A DNA stretch of 64,000 nt, taken from assembly GCA_001875345.1 (NCBI GenBank), contig MIZA01000012.1, forward strand, positions 25,656-89,655, written 5' to 3'. A model generated the notes under the pieces. The model did not search any database. It saw nothing but the letters and a program-made list of their open reading frames with translations, and had not been told where the DNA came from. Shown here piece by piece: positions 53,170-62,633 of this stretch; positions within the stretch are counted from its first letter, which is position 1, and the number at the start of each line of letters is the position of its first letter. The stretch comes from Marine Group III euryarchaeote CG-Epi1 (GTDB lineage: Archaea; Thermoplasmatota; Poseidoniia; MGIII; CG-Epi1). The translations under genes were made by a program, and so were the position numbers.

Positions 53170-54192
53170 TTATGTCATTTTATATCTAAGAATAACTGCA
53201 GTTCCTCCTAGTCCAATGAGCATTTCACCACCGTGGTGGTGCGAGGAAACTTCTATCACATCTGTGCGATTTTGTTGAGCTAATTCTAATAATTCTAAAC
53301 CTTCTATTTCTTTAGTCTTCTCAGATATTAGTAGAATACTTTCTGCAGCTCCACTCTCTACGGCATTCCGAACTTCATTTTTACCGTAAGTACCCATTTC
53401 TTTTGCTATAGCTTCTTTCAGTCTCTCTACAGCTGCCATCTCTTCTTGGATTTTTATCTGAGCGACTGCGTTAGGTAAATCGCCTCTGCCTATTGCTTCA
53501 TGAATGCCAGCCATCCCTCCTTGACCAGAGTTTTCAATTACACAGCCCTTGAATATTTCACGCGCTCTAGATTTACCAACTTCAGCAAAATCTTCTTTTA
53601 AAAATCCAGGTCCTATTATGACTATTACAGAATCTTTAATGTGAACTTTTACTATTTGCCTTACAGCTCTTTTGTAAAAATCGTTAAGTTCTTCTCCGCC
53701 TGTTGATTTTCCACTGCCTTCTCGGCTAAGTGTTTTCAGTTCTCTTATGCCATATGTTCTTAATTCTGCAATTACAATCGAATCACTTTCAACAGCAATT
53801 GCTGTCGCAGTTACAATTGGTTCAGCAGCCTTTCTTAGCCTTTTTTTGTGATGATTTAGCCAAACTTCCTTTCTAACATCAAATGAATCGCCAGGTTCTA
53901 ATATTAAAGTGTGATGTAGGCCCTGATTATTTTCACCTAAGGATATAATGCCGTGACACCTAAAGCGTTGCCCAAATGATTGATATTCAAGGTTCTTAAC
54001 ATCAATGGTGAGTTTCATCTTTTGCTTCTTACCTCTCTCCTTTTTGAGCCTATCAGATTGTGAGGATTCACGTCTTTCAGTCAGAGCCCTAACTTGATCT
54101 CCCTCATTAAGTAATAAGTTCAAATGATACAAATCGTCTTCATTTTCTAAACGAATTTGGTAAACGTTATTATCACGTTTATTATATTTCAA
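53170..54192 (-). CDS. pelA: Pelota (Dom34) mRNA-surveillance / ribosome-rescue factor
   Basis: Three-domain layout. The N-terminus ...IRLENEDDLYHLNLLLNEGD and the eRF1-like central and C-domains (IIGPGFLKEDF; GGMAGIHEAI) match Pelota. TTG start. Confidence 0.85.
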   Translation of the reverse strand: MKYNKRDNNVYQIRLENEDDLYHLNLLLNEGDQVRALTERRESSQSDRLKKERGKKQKMKLTIDVKNLEYQSFGQRFRCHGIISLGENNQGLHHTLILEPGDSFDVRKEVWLNHHKKRLRKAAEPIVTATAIAVESDSIVIAELRTYGIRELKTLSREGSGKSTGGEELNDFYKRAVRQIVKVHIKDSVIVIIGPGFLKEDFAEVGKSRAREIFKGCVIENSGQGGMAGIHEAIGRGDLPNAVAQIKIQEEMAAVERLKEAIAKEMGTYGKNEVRNAVESGAAESILLISEKTKEIEGLELLELAQQNRTDVIEVSSHHHGGEMLIGLGGTAVILRYKMT

Positions 54193-54199
54193 AATAACC

Positions 54200-55150
54200 T
54201 CACAAGTAGACTACAATATCTAAATTTTTAGCTAATTCTTTGTAACGATTCCTTATTGTTACTTCAGTGACGCCTACAGTATCAGCAATTGTTTTTTGCG
54301 TTTTTCTTTGGTCATGTACAACAGAAGCAATGTAAATGGCTGCAGCTGCAACTCCGGTTGGCCCTCTTCCAGACGTTAGTTCAGCAGCAATTGCTTGGTT
54401 TAGAATGCTTATTGCAGTATTTTCAACATCGCCAGGTAGCTCCAATTCTCTACAAAAGCGAATTATGTAAACTGATGGAGATGCAGGTTGTAAATTTAAT
54501 TTTAATTCTCTAGAAATATACCTGTAAGTTCTTCCAACTTCCTTTTTAGATGCTCTCGAAGCTTCTGTAATTTCAGTTAATGTTCTTGGGACTTCACATC
54601 TTCTACATGCACCGTAAAGAGCAGCGGCAGCAACGCCTTCGACAGATCTTCCTCTAACTAAGTTATCTTGAACGGCTCTTCTGTATAGCATAGCAGCCTC
54701 TTCTCTGACTTGGCGATGCAATCCTATTTTTGAAGCCAATCTGTTAAGTTCATTAAGAGCTTGGGCCAAGTTTCTATCGGCTGAGTTTGATGCTCTAGTT
54801 CGATTCTGCCATTTCCTCATTCTGTAAACTTGAGCTCTATTTTTAGTGGGAACATTATTTCCGTTAATATCTCGTCCACCCCAACCAATATCGGTTGAAA
54901 GGCCTTTATCGTGTACCATTACAGACATTGGAGCTCCACCTCTTGCCCTTCTTTCATTTTGCTCTGAATCGAAAGCTCTCCACTCAGGACCTTGATCAAT
55001 TACTTGATCATCAACAACAAGTCCACAGTTCCTACAGGTAACTTCACCACGCTTGTAATCGCGTACAATATGTTCCGAGTCACATTCAGGACATTCAGTC
55101 AATTCTTCAACATCAACTTCTTTGACATTTCCGGAAATATTCATATTCAT
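54200..55150 (-). CDS. tfb: Transcription initiation factor IIB (TFB)
   Basis: Zn ribbon [10 protein letters not shown]...CRNCGLV, a B-reader/linker and two cyclin repeats. I place the start at the ATG at 55150 (MNMNISGN...). The GTG at 55228 would leave only 19 nt for two divergent promoters. Confidence 0.9.
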   Translation of the reverse strand: MNMNISGNVKEVDVEELTECPECDSEHIVRDYKRGEVTCRNCGLVVDDQVIDQGPEWRAFDSEQNERRARGGAPMSVMVHDKGLSTDIGWGGRDINGNNVPTKNRAQVYRMRKWQNRTRASNSADRNLAQALNELNRLASKIGLHRQVREEAAMLYRRAVQDNLVRGRSVEGVAAAALYGACRRCEVPRTLTEITEASRASKKEVGRTYRYISRELKLNLQPASPSVYIIRFCRELELPGDVENTAISILNQAIAAELTSGRGPTGVAAAAIYIASVVHDQRKTQKTIADTVGVTEVTIRNRYKELAKNLDIVVYL

Positions 55151-55247
55151 ATTGGAAGAGAATTTTGTCAATATAAGCTTTGGGCCATTGCCTTTAAATT
55201 CCCCATTTTGAAAGAAGGTGGAACACAAAAGATAGATAACCTATTTT

Positions 55248-56420
55248 ATGAACCTTGTATCAAGTGAATTGATGCGAAGGGTAAGGGATTCTATTCACGA
55301 TTACATTGATTTAGATGAATTAGAGTCCTCTTTAGTTGATACTGAACCATATCAAAGATTGCGCTGGATAAAGCAATTAGGTTCAGCAAATTTAGTTTAC
55401 CCTGGAGCAAACCATACCAGACTTGAACATAGTATAGGCGTTAGCCATCTAGTTAAACAAATGGCCAGCCAATCTGATGTTCCTAAAGACGAAATACCAT
55501 TAGTTTCAATTGCAGGTTTACTCCATGATTTAGGCCATTCTCCATATTCACACTTAGCAGATGAGTTGCCATTTGGTAAAGATCATGTAGAAGTCACTCA
55601 GGATATTATTAATTCTAGTCAAATATCGGATATACTAAGCGATCAAGGATTCGACATCAATGAAGTTTGCAATCTAATCAAAGGAGATCACAAGTACGGC
55701 TCACTAATTTCCGGAGATATTGACGGCGACCGTCTTGATTATCTCATGAGAGATTCACATTATACGGGGGTCAAAACAGGAGTAGATACCGGAAGATTAG
55801 TTACAAAGATGTCAATTACAGATAATGAGCTAGTAATCGGAGAAAGTGGTTTACCAGTAGTTGAAACTTTCTTGACTTCTCGTTCAATTATGTTTCCAAC
55901 GGTTTATTTCCATCCATTTTCACGAGGAGCTGAATTAATGTTGGCAAGGGCAACTACAGCTGCAATTGACAATGATGTTTTTACATATGATTCGTTTGTT
56001 TCTTTCACAGATCATAAATTTTTATCCGAATTAAATTTGGCAGGCGGATTGTCGCAAAAGTTAGTTAATGATTTTGAAAAAAGGAACATAACAAAGAGGG
56101 TAGTTAGTATTACAAAAGATAAAACTGAAGAAATGGGAATTTCTAAGTCAGATGTTGAAGATTTAGAATTATCAATTGCTCAAAAACTTGATATCGACTC
56201 TTCACAAATATTTATGGATTTGCCACCTTTTAAAGTAGTGCCAGCTATGAAAGTTAAAATTCTTAAAGAAGATGGAACTCTTGATTATGCAAGTAATATG
56301 TCTACTATAACAAAAAGTCTATACGAAGCTCAGTTCGATCATTGGAGATGCCGAATATATGCACCTTCTAAACTGTCTGATCAAGCCTCAGAAATTGCAA
56401 GCCGGGAATTAGGAATTTAA
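55248..56420 (+). CDS. HD-domain phosphohydrolase (SAMHD1/dNTPase-like, COG1078 type)
   Basis: RLEHSIGVSHL, LLHDLGHSPYSH and DGDRLDYLMRDSHYTGV are HD-superfamily metal ligands in the dGTPase-like arrangement. Confidence 0.8.
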   Translation: MNLVSSELMRRVRDSIHDYIDLDELESSLVDTEPYQRLRWIKQLGSANLVYPGANHTRLEHSIGVSHLVKQMASQSDVPKDEIPLVSIAGLLHDLGHSPYSHLADELPFGKDHVEVTQDIINSSQISDILSDQGFDINEVCNLIKGDHKYGSLISGDIDGDRLDYLMRDSHYTGVKTGVDTGRLVTKMSITDNELVIGESGLPVVETFLTSRSIMFPTVYFHPFSRGAELMLARATTAAIDNDVFTYDSFVSFTDHKFLSELNLAGGLSQKLVNDFEKRNITKRVVSITKDKTEEMGISKSDVEDLELSIAQKLDIDSSQIFMDLPPFKVVPAMKVKILKEDGTLDYASNMSTITKSLYEAQFDHWRCRIYAPSKLSDQASEIASRELGI

Positions 56421-58001
56421 ATGTCTAAATCAATACAAAAATTTATTGAAGGTCTAAACTGGAAAGTAGAAGACAGTAAATGGGATGGCAATGCCCATTT
56501 ATTTTTTGTTAAAGAACCAGATAATTTGGAAGATAAATTTGAGGAGTTACGTTTAGCTCTTAAGGTAGCTACTACTTTTGGTGCAGGTCGTCTCTTCCCA
56601 ATGTTAAGGAGAACAGGAAATGAATTGATTTTAGTTATTCTTCCTCAACCTTCGTTTGATTATTATGAAAGTAGAATTAATTTATATTTACTTCTAGCAA
56701 CTTTCTTTACTACTACTTGGGCAGGCGCCATGTGGTGGGCCTCGTACGATGATTCTTCAATAATTGAGATGAACTGGTGGTGGCTTAGAATCCTCATAAG
56801 TCCACAAATATTCTTTATGGGATTTCTTACTTTTTCTTTACCTTTAATGTTAATTCTTGGCGCTCACGAAATGGGTCATTACTACTATGCTAAGAAGCAT
56901 AATCTTGATGCTTCCTTACCGTTCTTTTTACCAATGCCTCCAATGATATTTCCATTTGGAACGATGGGCGCTTTTATTTCTATTAGAGAGCCAATACCTA
57001 ATCGGAAAGCACTTCTGGATGTTGGTGCAAGTGGGCCGATTGCAGGTCTTTTAGTCGCTATACCTGTAACCCTTCTCGGTTTCTGGCTAACAGAATTTTA
57101 TGCGAGATCAGTTCCAGTTGATTCAGGAGATTCGCTTTTTTTAGGTTCATCTTTTTTCTTTGAATTACTTTTTTCGATTTCTGAAAACTTAAACCCCTCG
57201 TCTGGAGACTATTTATCTCATCCAGTTGTTCTTGCAGGGTGGACAGGATTTTTTGTAACTGCATTGAATTTAATGCCAGCTGGACAGCTAGATGGAGGTC
57301 ATATTGCGCGTTCATTACTTGGTCCGAAAGCAAATATTCTATCTTTTGTTGTAATAATTTCCTTAATTTTTATGACATTCTATGGTATTCCCGGATTTGG
57401 TCCTCCGTACATGGGATGGGCCATTTATGCACTTTTAATTTATTTTCTAGGAACGTACCATCCTCCACCTTCAGAAGAAATATCCTCATTAGGCTCTCCT
57501 AGAATATTTGTAGGATTGGTTACGGGTTTAATTTTGTTTACAACTTTTACACCTTCACCAATTTTTACAGTGGATTCGCCTTTCTCTTTGGATATTGATT
57601 CAGATGAGAGTGATTTTTATCAATACTCAGGTGAAACTAATCTAACGTCAATTAGAATTTTGAACAATGGTCAAGAAGACGGATGGGAAAATCTTTCTTT
57701 AAGTTTTAACAATAACATGGATAATGTTACAGTTTCTATTGTTGTAGATTTCATTAACCTCTCTTCCGAATCTCAAATTATAAACGAGACATCAGATAAT
57801 TTCAAGCAATATGTTTTCTACGATGCAGAAACTAATTCTACGCTTTTGAATCTATCATCTGGAAATTCAGCCAATTTGACATTAACAATTACAACCTTAG
57901 AAAACTCAACATTTGAGGACTCAAGCTTTGTATTAAGCATAAAAAGCCGAACAGAAGATGTTTATAGTTCAACCTTTTATTTGTATAATAGAGATAAGTA
58001 A
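56421..58001 (+). CDS. Site-2 protease (M50) family metalloprotease with a long sequon-rich C-terminal domain
   Basis: HEMGHYYYAKKH (HExxH) sits in a TM helix, with NLMPAGQLDGGH (the LDG motif) downstream. The C-terminal 150 aa or so is soluble and carries at least nine N-x-S/T sequons. Confidence 0.75.
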   Translation: MSKSIQKFIEGLNWKVEDSKWDGNAHLFFVKEPDNLEDKFEELRLALKVATTFGAGRLFPMLRRTGNELILVILPQPSFDYYESRINLYLLLATFFTTTWAGAMWWASYDDSSIIEMNWWWLRILISPQIFFMGFLTFSLPLMLILGAHEMGHYYYAKKHNLDASLPFFLPMPPMIFPFGTMGAFISIREPIPNRKALLDVGASGPIAGLLVAIPVTLLGFWLTEFYARSVPVDSGDSLFLGSSFFFELLFSISENLNPSSGDYLSHPVVLAGWTGFFVTALNLMPAGQLDGGHIARSLLGPKANILSFVVIISLIFMTFYGIPGFGPPYMGWAIYALLIYFLGTYHPPPSEEISSLGSPRIFVGLVTGLILFTTFTPSPIFTVDSPFSLDIDSDESDFYQYSGETNLTSIRILNNGQEDGWENLSLSFNNNMDNVTVSIVVDFINLSSESQIINETSDNFKQYVFYDAETNSTLLNLSSGNSANLTLTITTLENSTFEDSSFVLSIKSRTEDVYSSTFYLYNRDK

Positions 58002-58003
58002 TA

Positions 58004-59221
58004 ATGTCAGTTTTCGAAGGTAAAGCATGGATATCTAAACAGGGGCTAGTGGATGTTTCCATTGAAGTAGAAAATGGCTATATTTCATCGGTTAAAAAGA
58101 CAAGTTTGGAACCAAAAAAAGAGAAAGCTCAGGGTCTAATTTTACCTGCAGCCCTTGATATGCATGTTCATTTTAGAGACCCCGGCTATCCACATAAGGA
58201 AGACTGGAAAACTGGTTCTGAATCTGCAGCTTGTGGTGGAGTTACCGCAGTTGTGGATATGCCGAACACTAATCCATTTACTTCTGATATTTCGTCATTC
58301 AAAGATAAAGAACAAATTGCTAAAAGCAAATCAATCGTAGACTTTGGAATAGGAATTAATGTTGAAGAAAATTTAACCGAGCAAGACTGGTTTGGTACAG
58401 TTCCTGCAGCCTTTTGGAAATTATATCCATATGGAATCTCTTCAGATGATTATTTTAGATTAGCTAAAGAAGTTTTAGATAAAACAAAAAAGCCAATGGT
58501 GGTTCACTGTGAGCATCCAGATTACATGTACAATAATCCACTTGAAAAATTATCAGATCATACTGAAAACCGTCTGGTTGCTGAGGAGAAATGCCTTGCA
58601 TCAATGCCTTCATCTGAATATTTGCATGTTGCACATCTTTCAACCGCCAATGGGCTTAAAAATCTTCCACCTCTATCTTCAACAGAGGTTTGTCCACATC
58701 ATTTATTATTAAATTTAGATAATTGTAGTTCGTTAGATTGCAAGGTAGATCCTCCTTTGCGTAATGTTTCTGATAATACTAGCCTTTATGACGCTTACAG
58801 GAATGGCAAAATACCTATCTTAGCAAGTGATCATGCGCCTCATACAATTGAAGAAAAGAAATCAGACACTCCACCTTCAGGTATGCCTGGGGTAGAAACT
58901 ATGGTGCCTTTAATGTTACAAGAAGTTGTTGAAAATAGGTTAGATTTAGGTAGGCTGGTAAATAGTATGGCCGAAGCTCCAGCAACCCGTTTAGGCCTAA
59001 ACAGAGGACGTATTGAAGTAGGACAACCAGCAGATCTAATGTTCGTTGATCTCAACAATACAGTTAAGATTGATATTGATAATTTACATTCACGATCAAA
59101 TTGGTCTCCTTTTGAGGATTGGAATGCAGTATTTCCTCACAAAGTATTTAGGAGAGGAGAATTAATTTCTGAAAATTCAGAAGTAGTTTCTAACAGCGGA
59201 GGAATAAACCTTTTTGATTAG
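58004..59221 (+). CDS. pyrC: Dihydroorotase
   Basis: ALDMHVHFRDPG (HxH), ...VHCEH... and ASDHAPH are amidohydrolase metal ligands in the DHOase pattern. Confidence 0.85.
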   Translation: MSVFEGKAWISKQGLVDVSIEVENGYISSVKKTSLEPKKEKAQGLILPAALDMHVHFRDPGYPHKEDWKTGSESAACGGVTAVVDMPNTNPFTSDISSFKDKEQIAKSKSIVDFGIGINVEENLTEQDWFGTVPAAFWKLYPYGISSDDYFRLAKEVLDKTKKPMVVHCEHPDYMYNNPLEKLSDHTENRLVAEEKCLASMPSSEYLHVAHLSTANGLKNLPPLSSTEVCPHHLLLNLDNCSSLDCKVDPPLRNVSDNTSLYDAYRNGKIPILASDHAPHTIEEKKSDTPPSGMPGVETMVPLMLQEVVENRLDLGRLVNSMAEAPATRLGLNRGRIEVGQPADLMFVDLNNTVKIDIDNLHSRSNWSPFEDWNAVFPHKVFRRGELISENSEVVSNSGGINLFD

Positions 59222-59266
59222 TATTTTTCTAACGAAACTTTAATACTGTCAATATTTTAATTAGAT

Positions 59267-61414
59267 ATGATGAAAAGCATAGGTTATTCATTAATTTTGC
59301 TTGGTTTTGCAATATTATTGACTTCAGTCCCAGCAGATGCAGAGAAATATGGTAATACAGAATTTTTCTTGGCTAAATCAGGAATTGGCGATATCTATGA
59401 TTTGACAATCGATGAGCCTTCTGAAGCCACACCGAAGTATTGGAAATGTCGTGATGATCCGAACCAAGCCAATACATTCTATCCACTGGTTTCTTGGGAG
59501 ACAAATATGGGTGGCCCATTAGAGTTAGGAGACTCGTACAGCTATAGTTTTTGGGTAGAATCAACAAATGTTCAAGAAATTAGTTTCAAGACGACTCTAT
59601 ACATTCGAACTCAAGATGGATTCAATAATTTATCAGTGGATGAGGTAAGTAAGACTGCGGGTTTTGGTTCATTCTTATCTGAGAATTACACACTTGATTT
59701 GGAATCCTCAGATCTTGATAAAAGTTTATTTCCAGATGGAGTTCCAGCCTACACAACCTTAGGTCTTAAATTGGAAACAAGTGTTACCTGGGCTCCAGAT
59801 ACTGAAAACAGAACTGTATGGGTTAAAGCTGCACAATCTGATTTTCTTTCGTCTTTTATATTAGATTTTAAGCATGTCAATATAGAAAATGATGATTACT
59901 ATTTTGATAATGACAGAGTTGAAGCTATAGATGAAGATTCATTATTTATCAAAGTTAATGTGACTAATGCTTTAGGTGCAGATAATTTTGACATTTCATC
60001 AGCAGAGATAATGGTTGATGGTATTAGTGGAGGAGGGAAATTTAAGGATACAATACAATTAAAGGATAAACACACTTATGCTAAATATATTCAGGGTAAA
60101 TGGTGGTATCAAGAGGATAATGGCATTACATCTGGCAATTACGTAATTAAGTTTTCATTGAAGGATAATTTTGGTAATACTTGGACATCATCTATGACTT
60201 ATTATTTGGAAGTAGATCAATATGGACTAGAAATTGGGTTTGATGAGGGAAGTAGTTCAAACGGACAATTGCCTAAAGGCGGAAAGACAGATTATTCATT
60301 TAAGATATTGAACACAGGTAATACCAGAGATATTTTTATGATAACTATTGATGACTCAGATGTTCCTTCGGGCTGGGAAGTTAGTCTTCAATCGGATTCA
60401 TCTGTAGATCTCCAAATGGATCAATCATCTTATGTTCAAATTAGAGTAGAAGCTCCAGTTTCGGCAAAAGGAGGTTCCTCTGAGAGAGTAACAATCACAG
60501 TAACTTCTTCGGGTAACGATAATATTTTTGAAGACGTTAGTTTAGTTACCACTGTAAGAACATATGGAGTAGCCTTCCTATCAGTTCCGGATAGAATTAA
60601 TATTGATCCAGAAGAATTAGATATAGATGGATATTACAAATTTAAAATTAATCTAAGGAATACAGGTAGTGATAAGGATACATTTGATTTAGGAGTAACA
60701 ACTTCAAGGAGCGATTGGACAATACGTGCTGAAGTACAGGGTAACGATATATCTGCAGTTACAATCGATAAGTCTCAATCTGTCGCAGTAGACATTGTTG
60801 TTAGGCCAGTTAATTATGAAGACAGTTTAGGTGAAGAGGTCACATTTTTAATGACTGCAGATTCAATTTCTCCGGGAGATGGTTCAGCCACAGTCAACTC
60901 AAAAATTATAGTGGATGTTCCCGTTGAGAAAATATCTGATTTATCAGTAAGTATAGATGATGTATTAATAAATAACAAACCTATAGCAATTTTACAACCT
61001 TCAGATCTCCAAGAGGGTATGCCAATAGTTATTCAATTGACAGTTAACAATAATGGAGGAAAGAGTACAGGAATTTTTGGAGTTACACTTTACGAGGGAT
61101 CTAGAATTGTAGATGAGTTTGTTGTAGAGCAAGGGATAGGTGGCTTCGGTTCGGCTCCGGTTATTCTAAACTGGGAAACTCCCTCAGAAGGTTTGAAGAC
61201 TCTCAAAGTATATGTTGATTTTAAACAGCAAACTGATGAATCAAATAGTAAAAGAGCGGATAACACTTTGACTTTGCCACTTACAATAAGTGAGAAGAGC
61301 GCTTCATCGTCAAATAGTGAAAACACTGACGACGCTTTACTTTTCGGCCCTAATTTTTCATTAACACTTGGTGTTTTATCATTTATTTCAATTATTTACG
61401 GACGTAAAAAATAG
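59267..61414 (+). CDS. Large secreted surface protein with CARDB-like and NEW3-like beta-sandwich domains and a C-terminal membrane anchor
   Basis: Signal peptide LILLGFAILLTSVPADA. Repeated motifs of the type FKILNTGNTRDIF and KINLRNTGSDKDTF. C-terminal CARDB-like DLSVS...LTVNNNGGKSTG...LYEG...WETPSEG...VYVD...ADNT. Terminal GPNFSLTLGVLSFISIIYGRKK anchor. Confidence 0.6.
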   Translation: MMKSIGYSLILLGFAILLTSVPADAEKYGNTEFFLAKSGIGDIYDLTIDEPSEATPKYWKCRDDPNQANTFYPLVSWETNMGGPLELGDSYSYSFWVESTNVQEISFKTTLYIRTQDGFNNLSVDEVSKTAGFGSFLSENYTLDLESSDLDKSLFPDGVPAYTTLGLKLETSVTWAPDTENRTVWVKAAQSDFLSSFILDFKHVNIENDDYYFDNDRVEAIDEDSLFIKVNVTNALGADNFDISSAEIMVDGISGGGKFKDTIQLKDKHTYAKYIQGKWWYQEDNGITSGNYVIKFSLKDNFGNTWTSSMTYYLEVDQYGLEIGFDEGSSSNGQLPKGGKTDYSFKILNTGNTRDIFMITIDDSDVPSGWEVSLQSDSSVDLQMDQSSYVQIRVEAPVSAKGGSSERVTITVTSSGNDNIFEDVSLVTTVRTYGVAFLSVPDRINIDPEELDIDGYYKFKINLRNTGSDKDTFDLGVTTSRSDWTIRAEVQGNDISAVTIDKSQSVAVDIVVRPVNYEDSLGEEVTFLMTADSISPGDGSATVNSKIIVDVPVEKISDLSVSIDDVLINNKPIAILQPSDLQEGMPIVIQLTVNNNGGKSTGIFGVTLYEGSRIVDEFVVEQGIGGFGSAPVILNWETPSEGLKTLKVYVDFKQQTDESNSKRADNTLTLPLTISEKSASSSNSENTDDALLFGPNFSLTLGVLSFISIIYGRKK

Positions 61415-61492
61415 CTTTTTTGGAATTAACAAGATTTTATATCAAGCCTATTTTAGAGGTTAATCCGGAGCCTGATATATTCTAGTATACGT

Positions 61493-61570
61493 AGCGGGGT
61501 GGGGTAGCTAGGAAATCCCGTCGGGCTCATAACCCGGAGATCGATGGTTCAAATCCATCCCCCGCTACCA
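61493..61570 (+). tRNA. Initiator tRNA-Met (anticodon CAT), CCA encoded
   Basis: I folded this by hand. Acceptor stem AGCGGGG/CCCCGCT with A1:U72. Anticodon arm has three consecutive G:C pairs (GGG/CCC) next to the loop CTCATAA. T-arm is GATGG-TTCAAAT-CCATC. Discriminator A followed by CCA. A1:U72 plus the GGG/CCC anticodon stem are archaeal/eukaryotic initiator identity marks. Confidence 0.85.
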
Positions 61571-61598
61571 CTTTATTAGCAAGCTCTTTTGGAAGGCG

Positions 61599-62012
61599 TT
61601 GAGAAAAAACTTTGAACACACTGCAGACATCGGAATTGAGATTGAATCTCCGACACTTTCAGAGGCTTTTCAAGAAGTATCCCTTAGTTTCTCTGAAATA
61701 ATTACGGGCGGTAGTCTACCTGAAGTTTTAACCTCTAAAGAAGTTTTTTTGGAGTCCGACAACCTTGATTCTCTTTTAGTTGATTTTTTGTCTTATTTAA
61801 TCGTATTGTTCGATACTGACGATTTTATAGCAGGTTCAGCAAAATTAGAAATTTCTAAAAAAAATAGTTTCCAAATAGCTGGAAAGTTAGTTGGTGAAAC
61901 CTACAATCAGGACAAGCATGGTTATGGTGTTGAAATTAAGGCTATATCCTATCATCAATTGTTAGTACAAGAAGGCCCTCCTGCGCACCTAAGAGTAATA
62001 TTGGACCTTTAG
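61599..62012 (+). CDS. Archease
   Basis: FEHTADIGIEIES near the N-terminus and ...GVEIKAISYHQL... near the C-terminus are archease signatures. TTG start. Length is 137 aa. Confidence 0.8.
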   Translation: MRKNFEHTADIGIEIESPTLSEAFQEVSLSFSEIITGGSLPEVLTSKEVFLESDNLDSLLVDFLSYLIVLFDTDDFIAGSAKLEISKKNSFQIAGKLVGETYNQDKHGYGVEIKAISYHQLLVQEGPPAHLRVILDL

Positions 62013-62045
62013 TAAAGTCTAAATCTATAGGTTTATTAATTACGT

Positions 62046-62627
62046 ATGGTCAAACTAGCTGAGGCTTACTTTAATGGTAAAAAAGTTAAGCCAATTTGGA
62101 GTGAAGGAAAGTTTAGTTTTGAAGATAAAAATAATAATTTTGTCTTTACTGAATCTGCCAAAAAACAGCTATTTTGGGATATGGGCGGAATAATCAAGAA
62201 TAGACCATCAATTTACACACTTCCCTCAAATCCAGAAAATGAGATTTTTGTGGACTCAGGCCTTATTTGGGGAGAAGACATTATAGATTTGATTTTAGCT
62301 GATAGAGGTAAAGTAGTTTTACCTTTAAGAAATTTACAGGGTTTTAATGAGTTAGATGATGCTTTAAACTTTGCTGATGATATAGTCATTGGAATTGATT
62401 GGTCAGATAAAATTGAAGCGTCACACAGTGATTTCAGTATAGACATCGTCGATTTGTTGCATCAGCTAATTAAAAGAGATCAGCTTACAATTATGCTTTA
62501 CAGCTTATCTGGAGATTATCCTTACATTCCGGCAGGTACTTCTTCTAACTTGGAGATATATTTAGCCTATTTATCTAGCAATAGCACACAACCTTCATGG
62601 GCTAGTGAGGTTTTCATCTTTGAATAG
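62046..62627 (+). CDS. Hypothetical protein
   Basis: 193-aa ORF in coding-like composition between the archease gene and tiaS. No family was recognised. Confidence 0.45.
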   Translation: MVKLAEAYFNGKKVKPIWSEGKFSFEDKNNNFVFTESAKKQLFWDMGGIIKNRPSIYTLPSNPENEIFVDSGLIWGEDIIDLILADRGKVVLPLRNLQGFNELDDALNFADDIVIGIDWSDKIEASHSDFSIDIVDLLHQLIKRDQLTIMLYSLSGDYPYIPAGTSSNLEIYLAYLSSNSTQPSWASEVFIFE

Positions 62628-62633
62628 GTAGTT

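Noticed and set aside
55151-55228. Long N-terminal extensions suggested by the longest-ORF track: TFB from GTG 55228, the oxidoreductase from 35138, the ATPase from 41127, the pilin-like ORF from 15970 and cytochrome b from 9336.
   Set aside because: The extensions overlap neighbouring genes or consume the whole divergent promoter space, and they add no conserved sequence. Internal ATGs placed at or just after the upstream stop give standard N-termini.
61493-61570. Whether the CAU-anticodon tRNA is tRNA-Ile2, the substrate of the neighbouring TiaS, or an elongator tRNA-Met.
   Set aside because: It has the A1:U72 terminal pair and three consecutive G:C pairs closing the anticodon stem, which are initiator identity elements in archaea. 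A covariance-model scan should still confirm this.
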